A DNA stretch of 36,845 nucleotides from positions 1 to 36,845 of the IMG/VR virus record IMGVR_UViG_3300037991_000495. The stretch is one strand, 5' to 3'. A program made the position numbers and the translations under genes. Position 1 is the stretch's first letter, and each line of letters begins with the position of its first letter. Below, piece by piece: positions 15,790 through 24,977 of the stretch. The DNA is from a virus (taxonomy: Duplodnaviria > Caudoviricetes). The notes beneath the pieces were generated by a model. That model worked only from the letters and a program-made list of their open reading frames with translations, did no database searches and was not told the origin of the DNA.

Positions 15790-16518
15790 ATGGGATCAGG
15801 TGGTGGCACATCAGGCGGTTCAGATAATGTAGGGCCAGCTAGAGGTCGGGCAACAAGAACAACGCCGATCAATATAGCCAAACAAAAACGCGCAACAAAC
15901 TTTATGACAGATCCTATTAGAATGCGTACTGGCACCGGTAGATTGCCATCTACGCCGCGTTCTACGGTGTCTGAGAAAGCGCGTGAGGTTGGTGTGCGCT
16001 ACGACTCTGGTGGCAGTGCAACAATTATGAGGACAGCGCCTAGTGGCGAATTGGCTAGGCGTGGCGGGATAAGCCCCAGTGAAGTTTTGGCTACTATTGG
16101 TTCTAGTGGATACGGACAGGATGCCGCTGCAAGGCTGGCTGGCAGAACAGATGTCGATAGGCGGCAGCTTGGAAACTTGGCTATGAGGGCGAATGTTGGT
16201 CAACTTCCTTTTACGCCGCTAAACATTCTGGGCAAGCGCAGAGCAAAAACAATATTGGACACTTTGATTGAGGGCGGCACACCAGTTACAGGTCAGGCTG
16301 GGTTTATTCAAGGCGCTGTTGATACAAAGGGTCGATATGTGGGCAGGTCTGATGTAACGCCTTTGGTTACGCCAGAGGTTACACCAGAGGTTGTGCCTGA
16401 CGATGCTGGCACAAGTGTCATTGGCACGCGTGGTCGCGGTGTGGGTGTTCCCAGACGCTTGCTAAGAGGTTTGCGCCTTGGTCAAGCGGCGCTTACAGAG
16501 CAAACTTTGCTACATTAG
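15790..16518 (+). CDS. Hypothetical Gly/Arg/Thr-rich, probably virion-associated protein
   Basis: Low complexity, begins MGSGGGTSGG; pre-portal position as for T7 gp6.7/7.3. Confidence 0.65.
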   Translation: MGSGGGTSGGSDNVGPARGRATRTTPINIAKQKRATNFMTDPIRMRTGTGRLPSTPRSTVSEKAREVGVRYDSGGSATIMRTAPSGELARRGGISPSEVLATIGSSGYGQDAAARLAGRTDVDRRQLGNLAMRANVGQLPFTPLNILGKRRAKTILDTLIEGGTPVTGQAGFIQGAVDTKGRYVGRSDVTPLVTPEVTPEVVPDDAGTSVIGTRGRGVGVPRRLLRGLRLGQAALTEQTLLH

Positions 16519-16527
16519 GAGTTTAGA

Positions 16528-16737
16528 ATGTCTATGTTTACACCAAGAGTCACTATGCCACCACCACCGCCGCCACCAGAGCCGCCAGCAAGGGTAGACT
16601 ATGCGCGTGCTGATGCTATGGCCTCAGAAGCCTTGAAGCAGGCTACAGGCAGGCGTAAGGGGCGTGGCGCTACAAGAGTAGCTGGTGCGCTGGGGGAAGA
16701 AGCAGTAACCGGACAAACCCCGACATTACTAGGTTAG
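16528..16737 (+). CDS. Small virion protein, T7 gp7.3-like position
   Basis: Poly-Pro tract, RRKGRGAT, C-terminal TLLG; AGGAG RBS; precedes the portal. Confidence 0.7.
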   Translation: MSMFTPRVTMPPPPPPPEPPARVDYARADAMASEALKQATGRRKGRGATRVAGALGEEAVTGQTPTLLG

Positions 16738-16746
16738 GTAGCTGAA

Positions 16747-18345
16747 ATGGACCCCATCAAAGAACTCGTCAATCGTTTCGATGATTTAGAAAGCCGTCGT
16801 GACAACTGGGATACGCATTATCAGGAGTTGGCAGATTATATGCTGCCGCGCAAGGCTGATATTGTGCGTAAACGCAGTCGCGGCGAAAAGCGTATGGAGA
16901 ATATCTTTGATGGCACCGCATTACAGTCGGTAGACCTGCTGTCTGCCTCACTGCATGGCATGCTGACCAGTGGCGCTACGCCGTGGTTCCACCTTGCAAT
17001 GAAAGACCCAGAGGTAGGACGCGATGACATGGTGCAACGCTGGCTGGAAGATAGCAGCAAGCGCATGATTAGAGCGTTTAACCACTCAAATTTTGAGACT
17101 GAAGTACACGAATTGTATGTAGATCTCGTTGTGTTCGGCACAGGTTGCATGTTCGTGGAGATGGATGGCGACAACTTGCGGTTTAGCACGCGCCACATTT
17201 CAGAGTTTTACGTTGCAGAAGACCAGTTTGGCTTGGTTGATACTGTGTTTCGTAAGTATAAGATACCCGCACGGCAAGCTGTGCAACGCTTTGGGCTGGA
17301 AAACGTAGGCAAGTTTATCCAGCGCACATTTGAAAAGAAACCAGATGAAGAGGTAACGCTGCTGCATGCTGTTCTGCCGCGTGATGAACGTGATCCCACG
17401 AAACGCGACAACAAGAACATGCCATTTGCATCGGTGTATATTTGTATGGAAACCAAGATGCCGGTAGCGATCAGCGGCTTCCAAGAGTTTCCGTACATTG
17501 TCCCGCGCTTTCTAAAGGCAACTGGTGAAGTGATGGGACGGTCACCTGCGATGGTGGCGTTGCCTGACGTTAAGATGTTGAATCTTATGTCAAAAACCAT
17601 CATCCAAGCTGCGCAGAAACAAATAGATCCTCCTCTGCTTGTTCCTGACGACGGGTTTCTTCTCCCTATCCGTACCCAGCCAGGTGGCCTTAACTTCTTT
17701 AGGAGTGGCACAAGGGATACCATTACGCCGCTTAACACTGGCGCAAACATCCCTATCGGCTTGCAGATGGAAGACCAGCGTCGTGGCGCTATCCGTTCTG
17801 CGTTCTATGTAGACCAATTACTATCTGCACAGACGCCTAACATGACGGCTACTGAGGTAGTGCAGCGTCAGGAAGAGCGTATGCGCGTTATAGGGCCGGT
17901 TCTGGGGCGTCTGATGAACGAGATGTTACGTCCTATGATAGACCGTGTATTTGCGCTGATGCTGCGCAATGACATGCTTGCGGTGCCACCGGATATATTG
18001 CAGGGCAGGGATGTGGACATTGATTATGTATCGCCACTTGCACGCGCACAGAAGTCTAGCAGTCTGAATGGTACGATGAAGGCTCTTGAGATTTTGCTGC
18101 CGCTTGCGCAATCGCTGCCAGTTGGCGACCACCTTAACCCAGATGGTTTGGTAAATCATGTTGTGGATTCGCTTGGCGTACCAAAGGATGTGCTATTCCC
18201 GCAAGCGCAAGTTGAGCAAACACGTCAGCAACGCGCTACGGCAGAGCAAGAACAGATGCAACGTCAACAGGACACAGAAGACGTTTACACGGCTGCACAG
18301 GCGGCACAGGCGGTAAGGATGGTTAGCGATGGCAGTGGAAGTTAA
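16747..18345 (+). CDS. Portal (head-tail connector), T7 gp8 family
   Basis: FDGTA, PWF, GEVMGRSP, MTATEV..R.EE, LGRL..E, YVSPLARAQ motifs; 532 aa. Confidence 0.95.
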   Translation: MDPIKELVNRFDDLESRRDNWDTHYQELADYMLPRKADIVRKRSRGEKRMENIFDGTALQSVDLLSASLHGMLTSGATPWFHLAMKDPEVGRDDMVQRWLEDSSKRMIRAFNHSNFETEVHELYVDLVVFGTGCMFVEMDGDNLRFSTRHISEFYVAEDQFGLVDTVFRKYKIPARQAVQRFGLENVGKFIQRTFEKKPDEEVTLLHAVLPRDERDPTKRDNKNMPFASVYICMETKMPVAISGFQEFPYIVPRFLKATGEVMGRSPAMVALPDVKMLNLMSKTIIQAAQKQIDPPLLVPDDGFLLPIRTQPGGLNFFRSGTRDTITPLNTGANIPIGLQMEDQRRGAIRSAFYVDQLLSAQTPNMTATEVVQRQEERMRVIGPVLGRLMNEMLRPMIDRVFALMLRNDMLAVPPDILQGRDVDIDYVSPLARAQKSSSLNGTMKALEILLPLAQSLPVGDHLNPDGLVNHVVDSLGVPKDVLFPQAQVEQTRQQRATAEQEQMQRQQDTEDVYTAAQAAQAVRMVSDGSGS

Positions 18346-18532
18346 GAAGCTGCGAGAGATGTACAGAGGCGTCTTTAGCGAACACGCTGGCGAACAGGTA
18401 CTAAGGGATCTTGAGGCACGCTGTAACTGGCGTGCTTCAAGCTATGTGGCGGGAGATGCAAATGCCACAGCGTTTGAGGAAGGGAAACGTGCAGTAATCC
18501 TTCATATTCACAACATGATGAGTGAGGAATAA
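18329..18532 (+). CDS. Conserved small podovirus protein after the portal (Bbp19-like)
   Basis: YRGVFS..GEQVLRDL...TAFEEGKRAVILHI. Confidence 0.75.
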   Translation: MAVEVKKLREMYRGVFSEHAGEQVLRDLEARCNWRASSYVAGDANATAFEEGKRAVILHIHNMMSEE

Positions 18533-19378
18533 ATGTCAGAACAAGTGGCTGAACAGGTAGCCCAGCCTGATGCTGCGCCGATTGAAACACCGGCAGAGGT
18601 AGCACAAGGCGGGTCTGGTAACGACTTCTTGACCATGATACCAGAAGACATCCGTGAACACCCCAGCTTTGGGCCTATCAAGGATGTTGAAAACCTAGCG
18701 CGTTCTTATGTTAACGCACAAAGACTTATTGGTTCGGAAAAAATTCCGTTGCCAATTAACCCAACAGATGAAGATCTTGACAACATTTATGGCAGGCTTG
18801 GTCGCCCAGAAGCGCCAGATGGTTACGAGATCAAAGCAGACGGCAACGTAATTACAGAAGATGTTGCAAGTCAATACGCTGAGATTGCTCACAAATTACG
18901 TCTTACGCCAGATCAGGCGCAGGGCGTTCTTGAGTATTATCGCTCTACTGTGTCCAACTCTGCGGAACAAATGCAGCAGGCGGTGGCAGACCAAGCGTCT
19001 AGCACTGAAGCTGAACTGCGTCGTGAGTGGGGCAACAACTACGATGCCAAGCTGAATGCTGCATCTGGTGTTGCGCGTGAGTTTGCTGGCAGTGATGTCT
19101 TGGACATGCAGTTGTCAGATGGCACGCTTGTTGGCAATCACCCTGCGTTCATCAAGGCTTTTGCAGCTATGGCAGACTTCAAGTCTACCGTGACTAGCGA
19201 AGACAGCATTGATGGTGCGTCAGCAAACTACAACATGACGCCGAAACAAGCACAGGCTGAGATTGACGCAATCATGAATGATAAAAGCCATGCGTATTGG
19301 GACAGTAAGAATGTCACTGCACGGCAGAATGCCATCAATCATGTTCAAGAATTAATGAGCATGATCCATGACAGATGA
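18533..19378 (+). CDS. Capsid scaffolding/assembly protein
   Basis: Acidic and helical; LGRPE.PDGY and LRREWG motifs; between portal and capsid genes. Confidence 0.85.
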   Translation: MSEQVAEQVAQPDAAPIETPAEVAQGGSGNDFLTMIPEDIREHPSFGPIKDVENLARSYVNAQRLIGSEKIPLPINPTDEDLDNIYGRLGRPEAPDGYEIKADGNVITEDVASQYAEIAHKLRLTPDQAQGVLEYYRSTVSNSAEQMQQAVADQASSTEAELRREWGNNYDAKLNAASGVAREFAGSDVLDMQLSDGTLVGNHPAFIKAFAAMADFKSTVTSEDSIDGASANYNMTPKQAQAEIDAIMNDKSHAYWDSKNVTARQNAINHVQELMSMIHDR

Positions 19379-19604
19379 GGAGCGAATTGAACTGCGTTTA
19401 GAGTGTCTTAGGATAGCGATTGAATTTGGCACGCAACGTGATATTATGAATCCATCCCACATGGCACAAATGTACTATGATTGGGTGGTACAGGGTAGCG
19501 GTGAAAGCCGTCCTGATGACAGCCGGAAAGACGGCGGCTTGACGCCAGCCAAAAAGGCTAGGAGTGTCCGCAAGGGTAGCACACCGCAAATTGCCAAAAT
19601 GTAA
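19368..19604 (+). CDS. Hypothetical protein (3' half overlaps a structured RNA)
   Basis: ELRLECLRIA...YYDWV; operon position. Confidence 0.65.
   Translation: MTDEERIELRLECLRIAIEFGTQRDIMNPSHMAQMYYDWVVQGSGESRPDDSRKDGGLTPAKKARSVRKGSTPQIAKM
19491..19582 (+). promoter_or_regulatory. Candidate cis-regulatory RNA structure upstream of the major capsid gene
   Basis: GNRA-capped hairpins with the same GGGUAGC/GUCC internal loop twice, in opposite orientation. Confidence 0.5.
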
Positions 19605-19625
19605 CTGTAGTTAGGAGGTAGGCTA

Positions 19626-20504
19626 ATGTCTACACAAGTCACTACGGCATTTGTGCAACAGTATTCTGCAAACGTGCAGATGCTTTCACAGCAGATGGGT
19701 TCCCGTTTGCGTGATGCGGTTCGCGTTGAGAATGTTGTTGGTAAAAATGCCTTTATCGACCAGATCGGTTCGGCTACTGCTGCCTTGCGCACCAGCCGCC
19801 ATGCCGATACTCCCCAGATGGACACGCCCCATGACAGGCGTCGTCTGAGCCTTGCGGACTATGAGTACGCAGATCTCGTTGACGACCAAGACAAGGTGCG
19901 GATGCTCATCGATCCGACTTCTTCTTATGCACGCGCTGCTGCCGCAGCAATGGGTCGTGCAATGGATGATGTCATCATCACTGCTGCAACAGGCACTGCA
20001 AGTACCGGCGAAACTGGTTCTGGCAGCGCATCGCTTGACGCAACAGCAAACTCGGTTGGTTCCGCATCGTCTAACGATGGCCTGACCCTTGCCAAGCTGC
20101 GTGAAGCAAAGCGTAAGATGGATCTCAACGACGTTGATCCGTCCATCCCGCGTTACATTGCAGTAGGCCCGAAACAGATTGAAGATCTTCTTGGCGACAC
20201 AACAGTCACCAGCAGCGACTTCAACACTGTCAAGGCACTCGTACAAGGTGAACTGGATACTTTCATGGGCTTCCGCTTCATCATGTCCAACCGTCTGTCC
20301 GTAGACTCTAACGATATTCGTAAGTGTTTTGCTTGGGCAGAAGATGGTCTGACTCTTGGTATTGGCAAGGACATCAGCGCACGCATTGATGAACGCGCCG
20401 ACAAGGGATACGCAACTCAAGTCTATTACTGCATGAGCATCGGATCGGTGCGCATGGAGGAAGACAAGGTTGTTCAGATCTTCTGTGACGAAACCCCAGA
20501 CTAA
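19626..20504 (+). CDS. Major capsid protein
   Basis: AGGAGG RBS; FVQQYSANV..LSQQMGSRLR, AMGRAMDD.II, FMGFRFI.SNRL; follows the scaffold gene. Confidence 0.93.
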   Translation: MSTQVTTAFVQQYSANVQMLSQQMGSRLRDAVRVENVVGKNAFIDQIGSATAALRTSRHADTPQMDTPHDRRRLSLADYEYADLVDDQDKVRMLIDPTSSYARAAAAAMGRAMDDVIITAATGTASTGETGSGSASLDATANSVGSASSNDGLTLAKLREAKRKMDLNDVDPSIPRYIAVGPKQIEDLLGDTTVTSSDFNTVKALVQGELDTFMGFRFIMSNRLSVDSNDIRKCFAWAEDGLTLGIGKDISARIDERADKGYATQVYYCMSIGSVRMEEDKVVQIFCDETPD

Positions 20505-20519
20505 GAGGAGAGATGAATC

Positions 20520-21002
20520 ATGACGACCAAAAACTCGACTCTTGTAGCTAACTTTGAAGCTTCACCACAGGTCTTCAGTGACTCGCATGAGTTGCATGGC
20601 GTCCTGCGTGTGGCACAGGGTTCAATCGCGCTTGCAGCAGGTGACAGCACTGACGATGATATCGTGATGCTGACGCCTTTGCCAACCAACTCATCCATCA
20701 CCGCCTTGCAGGTGGCGACTGATGCTTTGGGCGGTAGTTGCACGTTCAACGTAGGTTTGTACCAGACAGACGGCACAGTTATAGATGAAGATCTATATGC
20801 AACGTCCGTTGCTGATGGCACAACTGCTGTTGCGGATGTCCGCACTGAGGCTGCTGATATTAACACTATTGGTCAGCAGCTTTGGCAAGACGCTGGCGCT
20901 AGTAGCGATCCAGGTGGATACTACTATGTAGCTGCAACTTTCAATGCAACTGGTGGCACTGGCGGCGATATGTCGTTCATCATCCACTATGTTGTGAACT
21001 AA
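20520..21002 (+). CDS. Minor capsid/decoration-type structural protein
   Basis: Beta-rich, acidic 160 aa directly after the major capsid gene and before the terminator; GAGGAG RBS. Confidence 0.65.
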   Translation: MTTKNSTLVANFEASPQVFSDSHELHGVLRVAQGSIALAAGDSTDDDIVMLTPLPTNSSITALQVATDALGGSCTFNVGLYQTDGTVIDEDLYATSVADGTTAVADVRTEAADINTIGQQLWQDAGASSDPGGYYYVAATFNATGGTGGDMSFIIHYVVN

Positions 21003-21005
21003 CAT

Positions 21006-21038
21006 AGAGGGGGCGGTGCGCCGCCCCTTCTACTTATT
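21006..21038 (+). terminator. Post-capsid terminator/attenuator hairpin
   Basis: AGAGGGGGCGG-TGCG-CCGCCCCTTCT 11-bp stem with a weak U-tract; position analogous to T7 T-phi. Confidence 0.7.
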
Positions 21039-21050
21039 GAGAGGTGTGTG

Positions 21051-21647
21051 ATGCCGTCTGTCGTTGATATCTGTAACGAAGCTATGGATCTGCTCGGTGC
21101 AGATACGATTACGTCACTCACTGAAAATTCCAAAGAAGCACGTTTGTGTAACAGGCGGTTTGATACAGTAAGAGATACTGTTTTACGTTCACATAACTGG
21201 AACTGTGCTATTTCAAGGGCAACACTTGCACAAGATGCAACTGCGCCATCTTTTGGTTTTACATACCAGTATACGCTGCCAACCAATCCTTTTTGTTTGC
21301 GTGTCATTTCCTTCTGGAATGCAGAGGTAAACAATGAAGTGGCGGCTTATAACAGTAATAAGATGTTTAAGATCGAAGGCCGCAAAGTGCTTTCCAACGA
21401 AAGTTCATGCAGCATTATTTATGTAGCTAGAGTTACGGATACGGAAACCTTAGATAGCCTTTGTTCAAGCGTCATAGCGCATAGATTGGCTAGTGAAACT
21501 GCGTATGCAATCACTGGCAGCAATAGCGTTGCGCAAGCAACATTTCAGTTATACCAGCAACGCCTTAACGAAGCGCGTGGTATGGATGCCGTAGAAGGTT
21601 ATCCAGAAAGAATCGAAGCTGACGAGTTTGTAGATGTAAGGCTATAA
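21051..21647 (+). CDS. Tail tubular protein A (adaptor, T7 gp11-like)
   Basis: VDICNEAM.LLG...I.SL, HNWN.A, Y.LP...LRV motifs; synteny. Confidence 0.88.
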   Translation: MPSVVDICNEAMDLLGADTITSLTENSKEARLCNRRFDTVRDTVLRSHNWNCAISRATLAQDATAPSFGFTYQYTLPTNPFCLRVISFWNAEVNNEVAAYNSNKMFKIEGRKVLSNESSCSIIYVARVTDTETLDSLCSSVIAHRLASETAYAITGSNSVAQATFQLYQQRLNEARGMDAVEGYPERIEADEFVDVRL

Positions 21648-21648
21648 C

Positions 21649-24051
21649 ATGGCGCGTGTTTCTACTATTATAACCAACTTTCGCGCCGGAGAGTTTTCGC
21701 CCCGTCTTGAAGGTCGTATAGACCTACAGAAATACAATGAGGCGGCAAAAGAACTAACCAACATGGTAAGTTTTCCGCAGGGTGGCATCACACGCCGCCC
21801 TGGATCTTACTACGCGGGTGCATCAAAGGATGGCGGCAAAGTCAGGCTGGTAAACTTTGAGTACAGCGACGAACAGGCGTATGTGCTGGAGTTTGGTGCC
21901 AACTACATCCGGTTCTTCAAAGATGGCGGCATTCTAACAGAAGCTACCAAAACCATTACGGGAGCAACGGCGGCAAACCCTGTTGTGGTAACGGCAAGTT
22001 CTCACGGGTATGACAACGGGGATCGTGTCTTTATCAAAGATGTTGTTGGGATGACCCAACTAAACAATCGTGAATTTACAGTAGCCAACAAAACTACTAA
22101 CACTTTTGAGTTATCAGGAATTAATGGCAGTGGTTTTACAGCATACAGTAGCGCAGGAACATCTGGTAAAATTGTAGAAGTAACAACCACTTACTCGGTT
22201 ACAGAAATTTTTGAGTTAAATCATGTGCAGTCTGCTGATGTGCTGTATCTTGCGCACAAAGACCATGAGCCAGCCAAGCTGACACGCACAACGGCTACTA
22301 GCTTTACTTTGGCTGATATAGATTTTATCGACGGGCCATACCTAGATGAAAACACAACGACAACCACTATTTATGCGTCAGCTAATACTGGCAGTGGCAT
22401 TACCATAACGGCGTCTGCAAGTGTGTTTGCATCTGCTGATGTGGGGCGTTTGATCAGGTTGCGTGAGGTTATTGAGGTTCAGCACGACGAATGGGCGGCA
22501 AGCACCAGTTACGCGCAAAATGATTTAGTTCGATTTGGCAATAATGTTTATAAAAAAACAGATAGTGGCTCAGATACTTCTGGGTCTTCACCGCCTGTAC
22601 ACCTTTCTGGCTCTGAAACATATGGCGCGATAACTTGGGCATATCAGCATAGCGGTTCTGGTTATTTGCAAATCACAGGCTATACCAGCGCAACAGTTGT
22701 AACAGCTACTTTTAAAAATGCCGATGGCGTTTTGCCAGCAAGTGTCGTTGGCAGCGGCACACCGACAACCCGTTGGTCATTAGGCGCGTTTGATGGCGAC
22801 CAAAAGTTCCCGCGTGCTGTAGCATTTTATGAAGAGCGTCTGTACTTTGCTGGCACCATAGGTCAGCCACAGACCATCTTTGGGTCGGTAAGTGCTGACT
22901 TTGAGAACCACACACCAGGCACTAATGATGACGATGCTATTAACATTACTATTGCCTCAGATCGTGTCAATGTAATCAAGCACTTACTGCCAGCGCGGTT
23001 TCTTCAGATCCTAACTACAAGTTCTGAGTTTACGCTGTCTGGTGGCACTGGCGCAGAGCCTGTAACGCCTACTAACGTAAACGTCTTGCGTGAGACTACG
23101 TTTGGCACATCTAACATTCGGCCAGTGCGTGCTGGCAATAGCACAATCTTGTTGCAGAAGGGTTCTGAACGGGTCAAAGAGATCACGTTTGATCTGGATA
23201 CTGATGGCTTGCTGGGCGTGGATTTAACTATTCTGGCAGAGCATGTGGCTAGTGGTGGCCTAACAGACATGGTTTGGCAGCAGGAGCCAGAGTTAATTTT
23301 GTGGTTTGTGCATAGTGATGGCACCCTTGTAGGGCTTACCTATGACCGCGCTAATGGCGCTGTAGGCTGGCATCAGCATCCGTTAGGCAGTAGTGGTATT
23401 GTTGAAAGCATCACGTCAATCCCAAGCGGTGCAGAAGATCAGGTGTATGTTTCTGTAAAGAGGACAATCAACAGTTCTGTTGTGCGCCACATCTGTTATT
23501 TGAAGCCCATTGATTTTGGTTCTGATATCGAAGATGCGTTTTTTGTAGATAGTGGCCTTACCTATACTGGCTCTGACACAACAAGCATTACTGGTCTAAA
23601 TCACCTAGAGGGTGAAACTGTGCAGATACTGGCAGATGGGTCTACACATCCAGATAAAACTGTTTCTGGTGGCGCAATCACTCTTGAGCGTAGTGCTGGC
23701 AAAGTGCATGTAGGTTACAATTACAATTCATTTGTTGAAACCTTGCGCTTAGAAGCTGGCGCAGAAGATGGTGTTTCCCAAGGTAAAATTAAAAGAATAC
23801 ATGGTGTTACGGTAAGGTTGCTTAATAGCGTGGGCGTTGAACTTGGCCCCGACACAAATAATCTTGACCGTATACCGTTCCGCGACAGCAGTATGGCAAT
23901 GGATACAGCCGTGCCTATGTTTACAGGCGATAAAGAAATTTCGTTTCCATCAGGTTACGACAATGATGCGCGGGTGGTGGTACAGCAGTCCCAGCCATTG
24001 CCCATGACTATCCTTGCAGTTATGAGGAGGTCAAACACGTTTGATGCTTAG
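21649..24051 (+). CDS. Tail tubular protein B (nozzle, T7 gp12-like)
   Basis: NF.AGE.SP, GG..RRPG, FYEERLYFAG, GWHQH, FVDSG; 800 aa; synteny. Confidence 0.9.
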   Translation: MARVSTIITNFRAGEFSPRLEGRIDLQKYNEAAKELTNMVSFPQGGITRRPGSYYAGASKDGGKVRLVNFEYSDEQAYVLEFGANYIRFFKDGGILTEATKTITGATAANPVVVTASSHGYDNGDRVFIKDVVGMTQLNNREFTVANKTTNTFELSGINGSGFTAYSSAGTSGKIVEVTTTYSVTEIFELNHVQSADVLYLAHKDHEPAKLTRTTATSFTLADIDFIDGPYLDENTTTTTIYASANTGSGITITASASVFASADVGRLIRLREVIEVQHDEWAASTSYAQNDLVRFGNNVYKKTDSGSDTSGSSPPVHLSGSETYGAITWAYQHSGSGYLQITGYTSATVVTATFKNADGVLPASVVGSGTPTTRWSLGAFDGDQKFPRAVAFYEERLYFAGTIGQPQTIFGSVSADFENHTPGTNDDDAINITIASDRVNVIKHLLPARFLQILTTSSEFTLSGGTGAEPVTPTNVNVLRETTFGTSNIRPVRAGNSTILLQKGSERVKEITFDLDTDGLLGVDLTILAEHVASGGLTDMVWQQEPELILWFVHSDGTLVGLTYDRANGAVGWHQHPLGSSGIVESITSIPSGAEDQVYVSVKRTINSSVVRHICYLKPIDFGSDIEDAFFVDSGLTYTGSDTTSITGLNHLEGETVQILADGSTHPDKTVSGGAITLERSAGKVHVGYNYNSFVETLRLEAGAEDGVSQGKIKRIHGVTVRLLNSVGVELGPDTNNLDRIPFRDSSMAMDTAVPMFTGDKEISFPSGYDNDARVVVQQSQPLPMTILAVMRRSNTFDA

Positions 24052-24466
24052 ATTTTTGCCGTTTGCTCAAGATCATGTGCAGCATATTAAGTTAATGTTT
24101 GATCTTTCTGAGGATGGTCGAAAAGCATTAGTTGAGCATAAAGATATAAGGGGCTACACACTTTTTGAGGAAGATGTTGTGCTTGGAATTGGTGGCGTAC
24201 ACAACATATGGCAGGGCGTAGGTGAAGCGTGGTTGTTGCTAGGCAGGGAAGCGTTTGCGCGGCCCAAGACTGTAGCGCGACATACGGTATATATGTTTGC
24301 GCATATGCAGGAAGAGTATGAGTATCAGCGCATTCAAGCAAGCATCGCAGTAAAGGATGTAAAGGCCAAAAGGTTTGCAGAATGGCTTGGTTTTGAAAAT
24401 GAGGGTATAATGAGGAAATATGGGCCTGATGGCTCAGATTACTATCGTTATGCAAGGGTGATGTGA
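24044..24466 (+). CDS. GNAT-fold protein, T7 gp13-like
   Basis: IGG...WQGVGEAW, KRFAEWLGFENEG.MRKYG; follows the nozzle gene. Confidence 0.78.
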   Translation: MLRFLPFAQDHVQHIKLMFDLSEDGRKALVEHKDIRGYTLFEEDVVLGIGGVHNIWQGVGEAWLLLGREAFARPKTVARHTVYMFAHMQEEYEYQRIQASIAVKDVKAKRFAEWLGFENEGIMRKYGPDGSDYYRYARVM

Positions 24467-24975
24467 TGAATCCAATGACGATTGCAGCAGGGGCGTCAGC
24501 AGCCAGCGCATTCCTTGGGTTCAAGGGCAACCAAGCATCAGCGCGTGCAGCGGAGCAAACAGCAGAATACAACGCAAAGCTGCGTGAAAATGAAGCTGTT
24601 TTGTTGCAGCGTGCAAAAATTGACCAAGAGGCTAATCTGCGTCGGTCAAATGACCGCCTCACTGCCTCCCAGACAGTGGCTACGGCAAAGTCTGGCATTG
24701 AAATGTCGGGCAGCCCGTATCTTGCTTTGGCCGATAGTTACTTTGCTATGGAGCGTGATGCACTGCGCATCCAATACGCATCTGACATCGAACAAGCCGA
24801 TGCAATGGCAGAGGCGGCTATGAGCCGCGCCAGTGGCGCAGCGCGTGCATCAGGCTTTAGAACAGCGTCTTATGTAAGTTTGCTAAACGGCGCTAGTGCA
24901 GTGGCTGGAATGCAGCAACAACAAGATTTCTTTGCACTGCAAGATCAATACAGACAGAAAACATTATCGAGTTAG
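24466..24975 (+). CDS. Internal virion (ejection) protein, gp14-like
   Basis: Ala/Gln-rich; AKSGI.MSGSP motif; synteny. Confidence 0.78.
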   Translation: MNPMTIAAGASAASAFLGFKGNQASARAAEQTAEYNAKLRENEAVLLQRAKIDQEANLRRSNDRLTASQTVATAKSGIEMSGSPYLALADSYFAMERDALRIQYASDIEQADAMAEAAMSRASGAARASGFRTASYVSLLNGASAVAGMQQQQDFFALQDQYRQKTLSS

Positions 24976-24977
24976 AC

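Noticed and set aside
19507-19535. CTGATGA...GAAA resembling a second hammerhead
   Set aside because: There is no UH cleavage site plus stem I in the required position, and stem II would be a single C-G pair. It is better explained as part of the pre-capsid hairpin array.
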